64,000 nt of DNA from Octopus bimaculoides (Eukaryota). Position 1 is the stretch's first letter, and the number at the start of each line of letters is the position of its first letter. A program made the position numbers and the translations under genes. The notes beneath the pieces were generated by a model. The model searched no databases and had not been told where the DNA came from. It saw nothing but the letters and a program-made list of their open reading frames with translations. The stretch covers positions 3,097,428 through 3,161,427 of the forward strand of contig NC_068993.1 of NCBI RefSeq assembly GCF_001194135.2, read 5' to 3'. Of this stretch, positions 13,086 to 25,407 are shown piece by piece.

Positions 13086-13392
13086 GCAGCAGCAGCAAAA
13101 AGAGCAACAACAATAGTGATGGTGAATGGTATACGAAAAATAGTGATTAGCATATGTGTGTGTGTACGTGTGTTTATATGTGTTTTTATATGTGGGTGTA
13201 TGTGTGTGTGTGTGTACGTGCTTATGTGTGGATGTGTGTAAAATAGTGGAAAAATTCACCTAAGGAAGAATTCTATCTATTTCTGTAGATCTTTTAACCC
13301 ATAAAAATCAATAGACACGCATATATACATTATATATATACACACACACACACTTACACATATATTCACATATATATATACATATATGTATG

Positions 13393-13440
<48 letters not shown>

Positions 13441-13458
13441 CACACACGCACATATATG

Positions 13459-13489
<31 letters not shown>

Positions 13490-13612
13490 GTATATATATT
13501 TGTATATACACACACACACACATATATATACAAACGCTGGTACATATATATAAAGACAGACAATTAGTTGATGTTCAAAGTGTCAGCAGGATATCCAGTT
13601 TACCACATTGAA

Positions 13613-13668
<56 letters not shown>

Positions 13669-14362
13669 TATATATATGCTCGCATACATATATACCTATG
13701 TACACAAACACACAGCATATACTTATATATATATTGGTACACATATATGTGTGTGTGTGTACATATATCATGTATACGTACATATGCACATATACACACA
13801 CATGGGTTCATCATAATTCTAATCGTTCACAAAATTCCAAGCAGGCTGTGAAATATTTGAGAATTACATGTGTCTGTGGAGGAAATTGGTTTAATTTTTT
13901 GCGGAATGCGATGCATTATGACATTGGGTGTGTTTTATGATATTGACATCCGATGGTTCTACAACTTGGTTACTTTTGGCTGCCAATGGTGCCTGTATTT
14001 CTATAGAGGTGAACACAGTTTTGCTCATGCACCAATTTATGCCATAAAACCAAGCCACAACATCAGACAAGATGGAAGGATGAAACAGTCTTATAAACTT
14101 ACCCAACCCACTTACTCTATCCAATTCTGGTCTCACTTCACTTATGTACACTTTCATATAACTTGAATGTTCCTTCCATCACATCGTCACCATCTACCTT
14201 CTCCTTACCTTCTCTCTCTCTCTTCCCTATCTCTCTCCTCCCTCCCCCCTTAGACACCTACTTCTGTCCCTCTACTCATACTTTAATCACTCATCTGGTT
14301 CAAATTGACTTCCCCAATACCACTCTCCTCTTCAGTTGTGGGCAGCTCTTGTCTTCTAAATC

Positions 14363-14560
14363 ATTTAGTGACCTCACTGATGCTGGTGGCAATAAAAAGC
14401 ATTTAATCCACTCTGCAACGTGGTTGGTGCTACGTTGGGCATCAAGCTGTAGAAATCTTGTAAAGCAGATAGTAGAGCTTTGCAGAGTCTTCTGTCAAAC
14501 AACTCGACCCATGGCAGCATAAAAAGCGGATGTTAAATGGCGATGACGACGACTATGATA
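14363..14560 (+). mobile_element. Family C retroposon 3' end, diverged
   Basis: TGGTTGGTGCTACGTTGGGCATCAAGCTGTAGAAA...CCCATGGCAGCATAAAAAGCGGATGTTAAATGGCGATGACGAC. Confidence 0.7.
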
Positions 14561-14581
14561 TATATACTTAATATATACTTT

Positions 14582-14616
<35 letters not shown>

Positions 14617-15107
14617 CACAAACACACACATACATGCACACACACACACATATATACATGTACACATATTATCTATTAATTATTAATTACAAAATCTTTC
14701 AAGAAATTTGAAGTATTACTTCAAGTTTTTCAGGATTTCTTGTTTTATTTGTTTTTTTTTCCTGAAGGAGGTTTATATTTCATCTCATCAACAATAAATT
14801 AAACGAACTTCCTGCTTAATGATAACGATGATTGATAAAAGGAATTACAGTGTTACTTCATGATAAAGTTCTGACTGCGTTTCTTAAGGACAAATTTCAG
14901 ATGCCTGATTTCTTCTTGAAGATTTTCTCCCACCTTTTGCTTTCTTTCTCTTTTTCCCTCTCTTCTTTTCTCTGTGTACATATGTTTGTGTGTGTGCTGG
15001 TCTATGTGTATATGTATATATACATACACACACATGCATATATCTATAAAGGCATAAACACGTATATGCAGGAACATACCTACATATATATGTGCTCACA
15101 GAAACAC

Positions 15108-15353
15108 ATGCAGGTGCTGGTATGCTCACACTGTTAAGAAATTTGCATTGGAAGCTCATGGTTTCCAGTCCATCCACACTGAATGGCACCTTGGGTATTT
15201 GTCTTCCACTAAAGCACCAGGCTGACCAATATCTTGCAAGTGAATTTGGTAGATGGAGACTGAAAGAAGCCTATCATACACACACATACATTTGCTTGAC
15301 TAAAGGTGGTGCTCCAGCATGGCTGCAGTCAAGTGACTGAAACAAAAGAATAC
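15108..15353 (+). mobile_element. SINE family B (CORE-like), internally deleted
   Basis: GGCACCTTGGGTATTTGTCTTC core, TTTGGTAGATGGAGACTGAAAGAAGCC, and tail GGTGCTCCAGCATGGCTGCAGTCAAGTGACTGAAACAAAAG. Homologous to 56826-57221. Confidence 0.75.
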
Positions 15354-15380
15354 ATACAAATGTATATATATATATATATA

Positions 15381-15525
15381 TACTGGCATGGGTTTAAAAC
15401 ATGGATGGTTTAACAAGGATCCACTGAGTCAAAGACTGCATGATGCTCCTCAGTCTGCCCTTCCTAATGCCAACCATTTTACAGAACGAACTGGGTGTTT
15501 TTTTTATGTGGCACCAGCACAGGGA
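15381..15525 (-). mobile_element. Family C fragment, minus strand
   Basis: GCCCTTCCTAATGCCAACCATTTTACAG is the reverse complement of the matching segment of the copy at 19243-19425. Confidence 0.7.
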
Positions 15526-15727
15526 AAATATTATTACAGCTATGGGGAAACTATTATCTTGCTTCGAAACGCTCTGCATTTTCAACAAGAAAGACAGCCA
15601 GCCCTTCCTGTTGGCAACACTCACTTGTTCCTGTCTGACTTATTCAAATAATGGAAAAGTCAACATATATATGATGATTAGAATGACGATAATATACTTG
15701 GCTGGTTTTGTTGTTTTGTTATTTCAG

Positions 15728-15799
15728 TTACAAGAACCAGAAGGGGTCTTTGATGAACTGTCACCAATGTTGAACTTTGCCACTGATCTGCAATCATAA
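15728..15799 (+). CDS. Candidate terminal coding exon (LQEPEGVFDELSPMLNFATDLQS*), product unknown
   Basis: Good acceptor TTGTTTTGTTATTTCAG, 23 protein-like codons ending in TAA, and AATAAA downstream at 15861 and 16085. No homology recognised. Confidence 0.3.
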   Translation, partial: LQEPEGVFDELSPMLNFATDLQS

Positions 15800-16185
15800 A
15801 TGGTTTTATTCCTGGCTTTGTTTCTAAATCCATTGTAATTTTCAGCAATTTTGCATTTGAAATAAACGAAGAAAGTATCTTGAATCATATAGAATTATAA
15901 GCTTGTCAAATACATCTGAAGAAAACAGCTGCTGGTGGCTTCAATTCTCTAGATCAATACCTTATCAGTAAAAGAACTGCATTTGAGATGATAATTTGGA
16001 ATTTTAATTTTCATCCCAAATACTATGATAAATTAGCATTCAGATGTGAAATAATAACTTGGCATTTGGAGAAGGATGCTTCAAAATAAAGAATTATGTT
16101 TTATGATGTAGAGTGATACAATGTAACAGAATTCTATATTTACAAAAGAAATACTGTTGTCATTATTTACCTTCGCTTCTTAACA

Positions 16186-16400
16186 TAGTGAGTTGGTTGA
16201 ATCTTTAGTGCAGTGGGCAAAAATATTTAGCAGTATTTCTTCTGGGTTGTTATGTTTTGAGTTCAAATGCCACCAAGATCAACTTCCCTTGTCATTATTT
16301 TGGGGCCGATAAAATAAAGTACCACTCAAGTACTGGATTGATGTGTTATCAACAAACCCTTTCACCAAAAATGACTGGACTTGTGCCAATATTGGAAGCC
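16186..16400 (+). mobile_element. SINE family A, diverged
   Basis: TTTTGAGTTCAAATGCCACCAAGATCAAC...GGGGCCGATAAAATAAAGTACCAC aligns with 9657-9872. Confidence 0.7.
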
Positions 16401-18119
16401 CTAATTTAGCTTAGCTTGTATTTCTAATGTCTTTCACAAAGCTATGATTGTAGTCGGATCTCATTTTGGATCTTCTGATAGTCTGCGGTTTTATACTTAA
16501 TACAATAATCCCTAACATATCGTCATTGTTGTTGTTGCTGTCATTATCAACCTTGCTTGTTCACCACCACCACCACATGTCAGTCGTAACACCACATGTT
16601 ACTGGCATAGATATCTCTGGTCTGTCATCAGTGTACGTGCATTTTAGATGTTGACTGTGAGGTAAGCTTCTTAATTGTTATCCTGTATCAATGTATATCT
16701 TTTTAAATTGAATGCTTGACATTTTTCTTCCATTCCAAATCTCTCTTCTACCATTCGTCATTATCAGGTTTGCACTATTTCTGTGCATAATGCATAGAGA
16801 AGCATCACATGCTATTTACCTCAGAAGACGATGTTAAAACTGACTTCATAATATTCATCTTAATATTCATCATAATCGGTTGATTACTGAACATAATCCA
16901 CTATTATATATATTTATAAAAATATGGCTTAAAGGAGAGATGCAAATATTTTAACTTTGAGGCCACCCAACTTATAATAACATAGATAAATATATAGATA
17001 CATAAGAATGTTTTTTTTTTTTTTAATGATTTTGATAAGAAAATAATTATTAATTTTTAGGGGAAATATAAAACATTATTATTATCTTCTTAGATGTCTT
17101 GAAGTTAACACAGAAATCCAATTAAAACCTTAAAAAAACCCTTCCAGAAATTTTTACATTTTCTCACCATGTTACTCGATGCCACATTCTGTTTAGCATT
17201 CATAATACAATTAATTAAAACATGACTATTCCTATAACGAGTTATTTGAAAATTTGAAATTCACACACTGCAATTCAAAAAGAAGGAAAAATTTGGATAA
17301 AGTCTTACAGTTTTTATTTAATTTTTATATGATATTACTTTTCTTCTATGATAATTTTATTTTTTATTCATTCAAGTCAAAAGTCACTTAGTATATAAAA
17401 AGGCCTGAAGAAATAGGGATCTTTATCAAGGAGTGCCATATCATTTTGCTAGAATTAAAATAAAGAAAAGCAACAGAAACGAAATTTCTTTCCCAGTATG
17501 CTATTTGATAATTCTGCCATATTTAATCAGTATTTATAAGCAAGTTCTTTCTTCTCCAAAACTGGACTTCCTCAAGCAATCGGTCTCGTACAGTCAACCA
17601 ACTGTATGATAAATAAATGATAAAATAAAATAGGCAATAAAAGATAGAAATTTTCCATATGAAGAATGCTTATCAATCATAGATTTAGAGATATATCTTA
17701 CCATACCAGTAATAGCAAGGTTGTGCATATCATCGCTTAATAGTTTTGGCTTCATGTCTTCTCTTCAATTACTTGTCTCTTTCTTATTAAAATAGCTCAC
17801 AGCAAATAGCGCTGCATCACCATGTTCTCGTTCATGACTCGGCAAAATACATAAAACAGAAGTTTGGAAAAACCCAATTGGGAACAACGTTCGTTATGAA
17901 CGTTATCGCACCAAAAATTTGAAATCATCATCATCACCACCATTCGGTAGTCTTATTTTTGTGCTGAGCTTTCGTTGCTCTACCGAGTGTAGCTCTGTGA
18001 GCCTTGGATATATGCTATGGTTTGCATTGTTGTTCTCATTGTTATTCTTCTTCTTTTAATAATAATGATGATGATGATGAACTCTCCTGTTCAAGATGAT
18101 GTATGAGTGTTCAGCATTT

Positions 18120-18196
18120 GCCAAATGATCTGCACAAATGATTTGTTATTATTGTTGTTGTTGTTGTTACTATTATTGATATTATCATTATTGCTC

Positions 18197-18227
<31 letters not shown>

Positions 18228-18242
18228 TATTGTTGTTATTAC

Positions 18243-18292
<50 letters not shown>
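18120..18292. repeat. (TTA)n/(TTG)n trinucleotide tract
   Basis: Long run read directly; the source of the poly-Leu ORF. Confidence 0.95.
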
Positions 18293-18293
<1 letters not shown>

Positions 18294-18365
18294 AGGTGGT
18301 GAGGTGGCAGAATTGTTAGCACACTGGATGAAATGTTTAGAAGTATTTTGCTATTTCATCCCTTC
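18292..18365 (+). mobile_element. SINE family A, 5' fragment
   Basis: GTGAGGTGGCAGAATTGTTAGCACACTGGATGAAATGTTTAG matches the head of 9657-9872. Confidence 0.7.
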
Positions 18366-19242
18366 CTGTATGGGAAAGCGGACTTTATGATGATAACAGT
18401 GGTGGTGGTGAATGAGATGATGGTGGTGGTGAAGGCGATGATGATGATGAGGAGGGTGATTGATGATGACGATGATGATGGTGGTGGTGGTGAATGCGAT
18501 GATAATGATGATGAGGAGGAGGAGGAGGGGAAGAGGGAGGATTGATGATGATGATGTTGATTATAACAATGGTTATGATAGTTTTATCGCCATTAGTAGA
18601 GCACTGGACTATATCTCGTTGTTGTTTCTTTTTCTTCTATGAATCTCTTGCCAATGTTTAATTTACCTTTCAACTAACGAAGCTGCTAAATTAAGTGTAT
18701 GAAGCATGTGCTGAGGTGGAATTCAAATATTACAATCGCTCCATTGCAAATGTGCAGCTTTGGACCCCACTGGGCGAAGAATTACTATTGCAGGTGTTAT
18801 AGGAGGGTTGATGTGATGCTAATCTTGATGGCATCAAGGATAAAAACAAGGAGGACGATAATGATGATAATAAAGACAATTATGTAATGGCTCGGGAATT
18901 AAATTTCCATTGTCAATATTTTGTTCTTGCTGTCTCTTATTCGTATATCAGAGTGTTTGAGCTGGTGAGAATTTTGGTCAGTTAAGCGCTGCCAACGATT
19001 GCAATTAACACGGTGCCTTTCAATTTTATTTTTCCTGATAGAATTTGTAATATCTATTGCAGTTAGCTGTTCTCACTCACTGTGAATCAGTTAAACCTAA
19101 CTGACAAAATGTAGAATATTGAAAACATACGCATGCATGAACATGCACATGCATGTGCATACACACACACACACGTGTGCGTATTTATATATATATATAG
19201 ATGTGTGTGTGTGTATGCATATATGTCTATGTGTATATGTAT

Positions 19243-19425
19243 GCTATGTAAGAAGCACCTAGTAAACTCTGTAAAATGGTTGGCATTAGGAAGGGCATCC
19301 AGCTGTAGAAATCATCTCAAAAAGAACAATGGAGCCTGGTATGGCTTACAGCCCTACCAACTCCTGTCAAACAGTCAAACCTACACCAGCATGGAAAATG
19401 AACATTAAATGATGATGATGATGAT
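19243..19425 (+). mobile_element. Family C retroposon 3' end
   Basis: GGTTGGCATTAGGAAGGGCATCCAGCTGTAGAAA...CCAGCATGGAAAATGAACATTAAATGATGATGATG. Confidence 0.8.
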
Positions 19426-19594
19426 ATTTATATGAATATATATATATATCTATATTGATATATGTATGTCTGTATAATAATATAAAGATGAATAAATATT
19501 ATCATCATCCTTGTTCAGTACTCACCTTTCCATACTCAGAAACCTGCTGAGGTGATTTGCTAAACATGTCAAGTGTTTGTATTGTACATTGGAT

Positions 19595-19790
19595 CACTCT
19601 CTTGCCACCAAATCAACATTTCCCACATGGGTGCATGCTGTGCCACATGTCAGATGTCCAAGAGTGGATGCAGAGCAGCCTCAGATGAAGTGTTTTGCTC
19701 AAGAACACAGTGCATTGCCTGATTCAGGAATTGAAAACCATAATCTTATGATTGTGGCTTACTACTAGGTCATGCAACCTGAGCAATTTG
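19595..19790 (-). mobile_element. Diverged tRNA-derived SINE, minus strand
   Basis: B-box-like element (plus strand GGAATTGAAAACC, 19727-19739) followed on the minus strand by GTGTTCTTGAGCAAAACACTTCA. Confidence 0.55.
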
Positions 19791-19996
19791 AAATGGAAAA
19801 TCAACCACTACCAGAACTATAACCAAAAACTGGTGATGATTTTGACGATGTGAAGGATTATAATGATGAAAATAAACACTACAATGAGATTGACAATGAC
19901 AATGGCAATGCAACCATGACAGAGTAAATTCGCAAACTGTAGAATGTCGTTTCAAATACAAACCGAAAATCGATTATGTAAAAATTTTTATAATAT

Positions 19997-20207
19997 TTAC
20001 CCTTTTGATGCCAACCTGCCTGAAACTGCCCCTGGTTCTATGATACAAATTCACAATTTTAAAGTGATTTAAATGAAAACCTTTCTTTGAAATTTCAGGT
20101 TAATTTATATTCCAAACATTAGTTATTTTAATAAATTCTTCATTATTTTCAAAATTGATTCAAACAAATGCAGAGTATTCCAGCATGAATATGGTAATGA
20201 AAGGGAA
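19997..20207. mobile_element. piggyBac-type MITE (family H)
   Basis: Termini TTACCCTTTTGATGCCA and TGGTAATGAAAGGGAA. The interior is homologous, inverted, to 61075-61305. Confidence 0.6.
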
Positions 20208-20397
20208 AGGAATAATAGGTGATTGGATCAACATCAAAGAATTCTCCTTCAATAAATAGGCCAGACTAAAGAATTTTATCCTATTCCAGTTAAGAAAGGA
20301 CAGGTGCAAGATTCAAGGCTGAGTTAAACAGCATTATCTTAATTTATAACTGCTTCACTGACTCAGTTTGCAATCTGATTGCACTGTTTTAGGACAC

Positions 20398-21131
20398 TTA
20401 ATCCTTTAGCATTTAATCTGGCCAAATCTAGCCCTAATACCCTATGTGTTTTATGTTCAAACTGGCTATATCTGACCTCTCACACCTACCCTACACTGTC
20501 ATTCTTGAAATGAAAAATTTCATGAAAATCTTGAAGCTACGAATTAATTTTCTAATTTTTAACTGATTCAGTCATTAGTCTGTGGTCATGCTGGAGCACC
20601 ACCTTGAAGTAATTTAGTTGAATGAATCAACACCGGTACTTTGTGATTTTTTAAAGTCTAGCATTTATTCTATCAGTCTCTTTTGCTGAACCACTACGTT
20701 ACAGGTACATAAATACATCAGCACTGGTTAAGCAGTGATGGTGTGAACAAACAGATATTAAGATAAACACACACACACACACACACACAACACACCCACC
20801 AACACACACATCACACCCACCAACACATCACACACATGCGCATAAACATACATCCCCCCACTAATACACACACACACGCATGCACACACCGTTGGTTTTC
20901 TCTCAGTTTCCATCTACCAAATCCCCTCATAAGGCTTTGGCTGGCTCAAAGCTATTGTTGAAGGTTCTTAAGGGACCATGCAGTAGGACTGAACCCAGAA
21001 CCACTCGTTTGGGAAGCAAACTTCTCACCAACAGCCATGCCTTCACCTATCTAATAATGCATGGTTATTTCAAAACAAATCCATAAATAAGCATTACGTT
21101 AGACAGAGTAATCTGAATGCGAAAGGGATAA
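20398..21131. mobile_element. piggyBac-type MITE (family G), interrupted by a SINE B
   Basis: TTAA-TCCTTTAGCATT ... AATGCGAAAGGG-ATAA termini. The two halves (20402-20545, 21049-21127) match the MITE at 1681-2138 in reverse. Confidence 0.75.
20550..21048 (-). mobile_element. SINE family B, full length with a (CA)n expansion, nested in the MITE
   Basis: The reverse complement aligns end to end with 56826-57221 (GAAGTTTGCTTCCCAA head, TTTGGTAGATGGAAACTGAG, GGTGCTCCAGCATGACCAC tail). Confidence 0.85.
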
Positions 21132-21501
21132 ATATTCTAAAATAAACAAAATATCTTTCAAAGGAAGTCATATGATGCCAAAGTTTATGTCATTAGAAAG
21201 TAGAGATTATTGTGACTAAAAGAGTGATACATTACAATCATAAGTCATTAATCACAAATTCTAATTCTTATACATTATTTTGTCTCACTTATCTTAGATC
21301 ATGCAACTAAACAGCACAGATTTGCCAAATTCTAGTTTTAAATAGATGTTATAAAAATGCTTATGAAGTGAAACAGCATATATATTCATGCATACCATAC
21401 ACACACATAAATGTATGTATGCGTCTGTGCATGTTTGTATCTATTTATCTATCTATCTATATACATATATGTATGTATATATATATATAGACACACACAC
21501 A

Positions 21502-21511
21502 NNNNNNNNNN
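21502..21511. other. Assembly gap (10 N)
   Basis: N run. Confidence 1.
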
Positions 21512-21550
<39 letters not shown>

Positions 21551-21964
21551 TGTTTGTGTGTATATGTGAGTATATACATATATACATAAATCATTAAATG
21601 ACATTTGTGAACCATTAATATAAGTTGACTGAGAAGAAAACTTAACGAGTCAATTAATAAAGTGTTTCTTCATATTAACAGACTTTTCAATGTTTTGTTC
21701 ACCTGTAATAAAGAATTGCAAAGAATATATTTATTATAAAACTTGGTTAAGGTACCTGTTGTAATCATGGCTCACATATATAATGGAATGTGTGCACAGA
21801 CATAGTATAGGAAGACTTTAAATTTTCATTTAACATTATATATATCATAATTACATACCTATATTTACAATGTATACATATATACACTCACATGCATATA
21901 TATATACATATATATATCTGTGTATGTATGTATGTATATATATATACACTTATATATGCATATG

Positions 21965-22004
<40 letters not shown>

Positions 22005-23129
22005 CATACATATATATATGTAAATATATATACACATGCAAATAAACATATATACATACATAAATATATATGTATATAATACATATATGTTTATATAAAC
22101 GTATATATATAAATATATAAAATGTATGTATATATGTATGTACATATATACATTTATGTATATATATTTATGTGCTTGTGAATATATATTTTAAGGGACA
22201 TTAAATCTGACCATTAAGTAAGAGATTTTAGTTTTTCGTAAATTTCTATCATTAATCTTTAATATTTGTTACTCATTGCAATAAATTTAAGATTTTGCTG
22301 TAAAAATTGACTCTTATTCTTGACAAAAGAAAGCAAAAAAAACTACAAGAAAAACTGAAAAAAAAAAAATAAACAAGTTAAGTTTCTGTCGAAAAGATAT
22401 TTATCATCTAAGATTTACAAGTCACTTTTGTGATAAAATATTTTGTCTGTGTTCACTGGAAATGGACATTAATACCAAAGTAAACGTCTAAATTTTACCT
22501 GATAATTTTCGAAAATGTGTTCGATAATATTAAAACTCATGAAGAAAGGTGAAGAAAAGTTCAGAGATGGAGAAATTGTATATAAATGCTTAGATTTGCT
22601 TCCTTAGGTGCTGAGATCAAATCCTGCTAGGGATGATAGAATAAAGACCAAATGTTATTGGTTAGAATCATTCCATTTTGCATTTGGTTGATGAGCTTAT
22701 TGATAGAAAGGACGCTGATAACGTTGATCTCAAGCATTGAGATACATATATAACAAAGGATTCAAACCATTTCCCCTCGCTGCTTGTCATTTTATTCTTT
22801 ACCAAAGAAATTCTCTTTACATTCCACAGACGTTGATAAAGTTCATTGGTTGCTATTGGAACTGAACTGGAATAGAGAATGGTAAAGTCAATTATCTGAT
22901 GATTTAAGATATCATTTTGGTACACAAGCACAAGGTGGGAGAAAAGAGCGACTTGGTGTATTTATACATTTCTAAAATGGATTGTCATTATTAAAAAAGT
23001 AATATGGTATCAACCGTGGATCAAATTACAACTGAGACATATCTAAGAATCCCCCCCCCCCCGGCATACATCCTGTTTATAGCTTTTATATCTATATGGC
23101 TCAGTATTGATTTGGTGCTGTAAAACCTT

Positions 23130-23695
23130 CAGCTCCTCAAGTCATGTTGTTGCTCGCTTTCTTCTTCATTGCCCTCTCACACGCACACCTGCTTGTTACT
23201 CCCTCATCATCCTGGTTCCTCACCAATTCCATTCGTTCCATCATCATTATGGGTGATGCTGTCGTCTTCATTGTTATCACCATCGTTAATACCAACACAA
23301 TTGTTAACAGCTCTTTCACATTATTTTAATCATCAGCACCATCATAAACATCATTGTCGTGGTCATCGTTGTAGTTGCTGCCATTGTCATCATCATCATC
23401 ATCAGCAGCATTGTCATCAACATCATCCTCGTCATCATCATCTTCATCAACATCGTCATGTCATCATCATCCTAATTATAAAGATCATCATCATCAATTT
23501 TTAATCTCCTCCTCATCATCAGCCTCATCATCCCCCTCCACCTCGTCATCCTCCTCATTCTCATCATCACCTGCAATGTCATTGCCATCCCCTTCTGCCT
23601 CATTCACATTTCTTCATCTTCAACACCCCCAGCAGTACCACCACCACCACCGCCACCGTCATTATTTTCATCCTCACCACCGTCACCATGGCTAG
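23130..23695. repeat. Degenerate (CAT/CAC/CTC)n trinucleotide low-complexity tract
   Basis: Mixed ATC/CAC/TCC triplets give poly-His, poly-Ser and poly-Ile translations in all three frames. Confidence 0.85.
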
Positions 23696-24228
23696 ATATT
23701 TCTTAAACATAAAATAAACACTGGTTCCCCTAATTAAACACACATGACAAGACAGAGCAAAACATTGTGCCAATGTGGAACTAATATGTTGGAGTGCTCT
23801 GCCATGAAAATAATTTCTTCTGTCAAAGACCTGAATAAAATTTATGTATTCGCAGAAACCACCGAGGTATTTTCATTGTGTATTTTCATACGATAATGTA
23901 TAAAAATAGCTGAAACGATTCCCTGCCAACTGTTGCATGAACCATTATAAAATCTGTTACAAGAACAATTTATTAGACACACCATCCAAATAGAAGACAC
24001 GTATTCATACATTGCCTACATAGACGTGCACACACAAACACAATCTATGCGTATGATTATGTGTGATTGAATGTGTTGTATGTATATATATATATATGTA
24101 TACATATATGTATATGTTTATCTCTACATATAAACATACAGACATGCATATATACAAATACACAAATATACATATAAAGAGGTGTGTGTGTGTGTGCATC
24201 TCTACAAGTATTATATATACATACATAC

Positions 24229-24295
<67 letters not shown>

Positions 24296-24317
24296 CATAT
24301 ACATATTTATATGCATG

Positions 24318-24363
<46 letters not shown>

Positions 24364-24493
24364 TATATATGTATATACATAGATATAAGGAACACAAACA
24401 CAGAATGTGTATTTATATTTATATCTGTCTACAAATTAAACCATCATCATTATACGCATGTATATGTATATATATGTGTATTTTATGTGTATG

Positions 24494-24552
<59 letters not shown>

Positions 24553-24590
24553 ACATATATATATATTTGTAGGTGATGTTTATATATGCT

Positions 24591-24625
<35 letters not shown>

Positions 24626-25257
24626 ATATGTAAATATACATTCATTTACATATATATGTGTGTGTAGGTGGTGTTTTATTATGTAAAAATTACTGATAGA
24701 TCATAAGTTATAGTTTGGGTTTGTGATTCCCAAGAGACAAGAATTATGCCTGTGTCTTCAAGATACAATAATGGTTAGAAATATAAAAATAAAAAATAAA
24801 GTAGTATAAAAAAACCACACAGACATAAAATAAAAAAGTAAAACCTTTTACGGTCGTGGCCTAAACGTCTGATAATGACCGTTACTACAGACACTAATTG
24901 TTATCGGTCAGTTTGGTGCTTCAGGCTTCATTGCGTGTTTCCAAAACTTTATTTACTGTGTATGACCAGATTTACTCCAAGACTACATGGAAATGGAAAT
25001 ACAAACATTTATCAGTACTTGATTATTATTATTATTACTATTATTATCATCATCATTGTTGTTGTTGTTGTTGCCATCCACATCCTGATTCAGCACCTCC
25101 ACTTCCTCCTCCTCATCATCATTCCCTACAACCATCACCCTTCTTCTTCTCCTTTTTCTTCATGTTGTTGTTATCACCATCATCATCGTTGTCACCACCA
25201 CCACCATCGTCGTTGTCCTCTTCATCACCACCACCACCTCCATCATCATTATTATGA

Positions 25258-25407
25258 GTAGCACACGGTGTAAAAATGCTTAGGGGCATTCTGTGTGGCT
25301 TTACATTCTGAGTTCGAATTCTGCCAAGGTCGATTTTTGCCTCTCATCGTTTCGGAGTTGGTAAAAAAAGTACCAGTAGGACACTGGGGCCGATATAATT
25401 GACTTAC
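25258..25407 (+). mobile_element. SINE family A, partial
   Basis: TTCTGAGTTCGAATTCTGCCAAGGTCGATTTTTGCCTCTCATCGTTTCGGAGTTGGTAAAAAAAGTACCAG. Confidence 0.8.

Noticed and set aside
14095-14200. Two GTAAGT donor motifs on the minus strand with ORF MKVYISEVRPELDR
   Set aside because: No pyrimidine-rich acceptor upstream (the flank is purine-rich on that strand), and no protein similarity recognised.
17876-17904. Small palindrome AACGTTC-GTTAT-GAACGTT in a CpG-retaining patch
   Set aside because: A 7-bp stem is expected by chance in 64 kb, and there is no other support for a promoter or RNA structure.
23144-23695. His-rich and Ser-rich ORFs resembling cephalopod His-rich structural proteins (also 24875-25261, 32700-33438, 54767-55565)
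   Set aside because: All frames and both strands give homopolymeric peptides, there is no splice or codon evidence, and such triplet tracts occur throughout the window.
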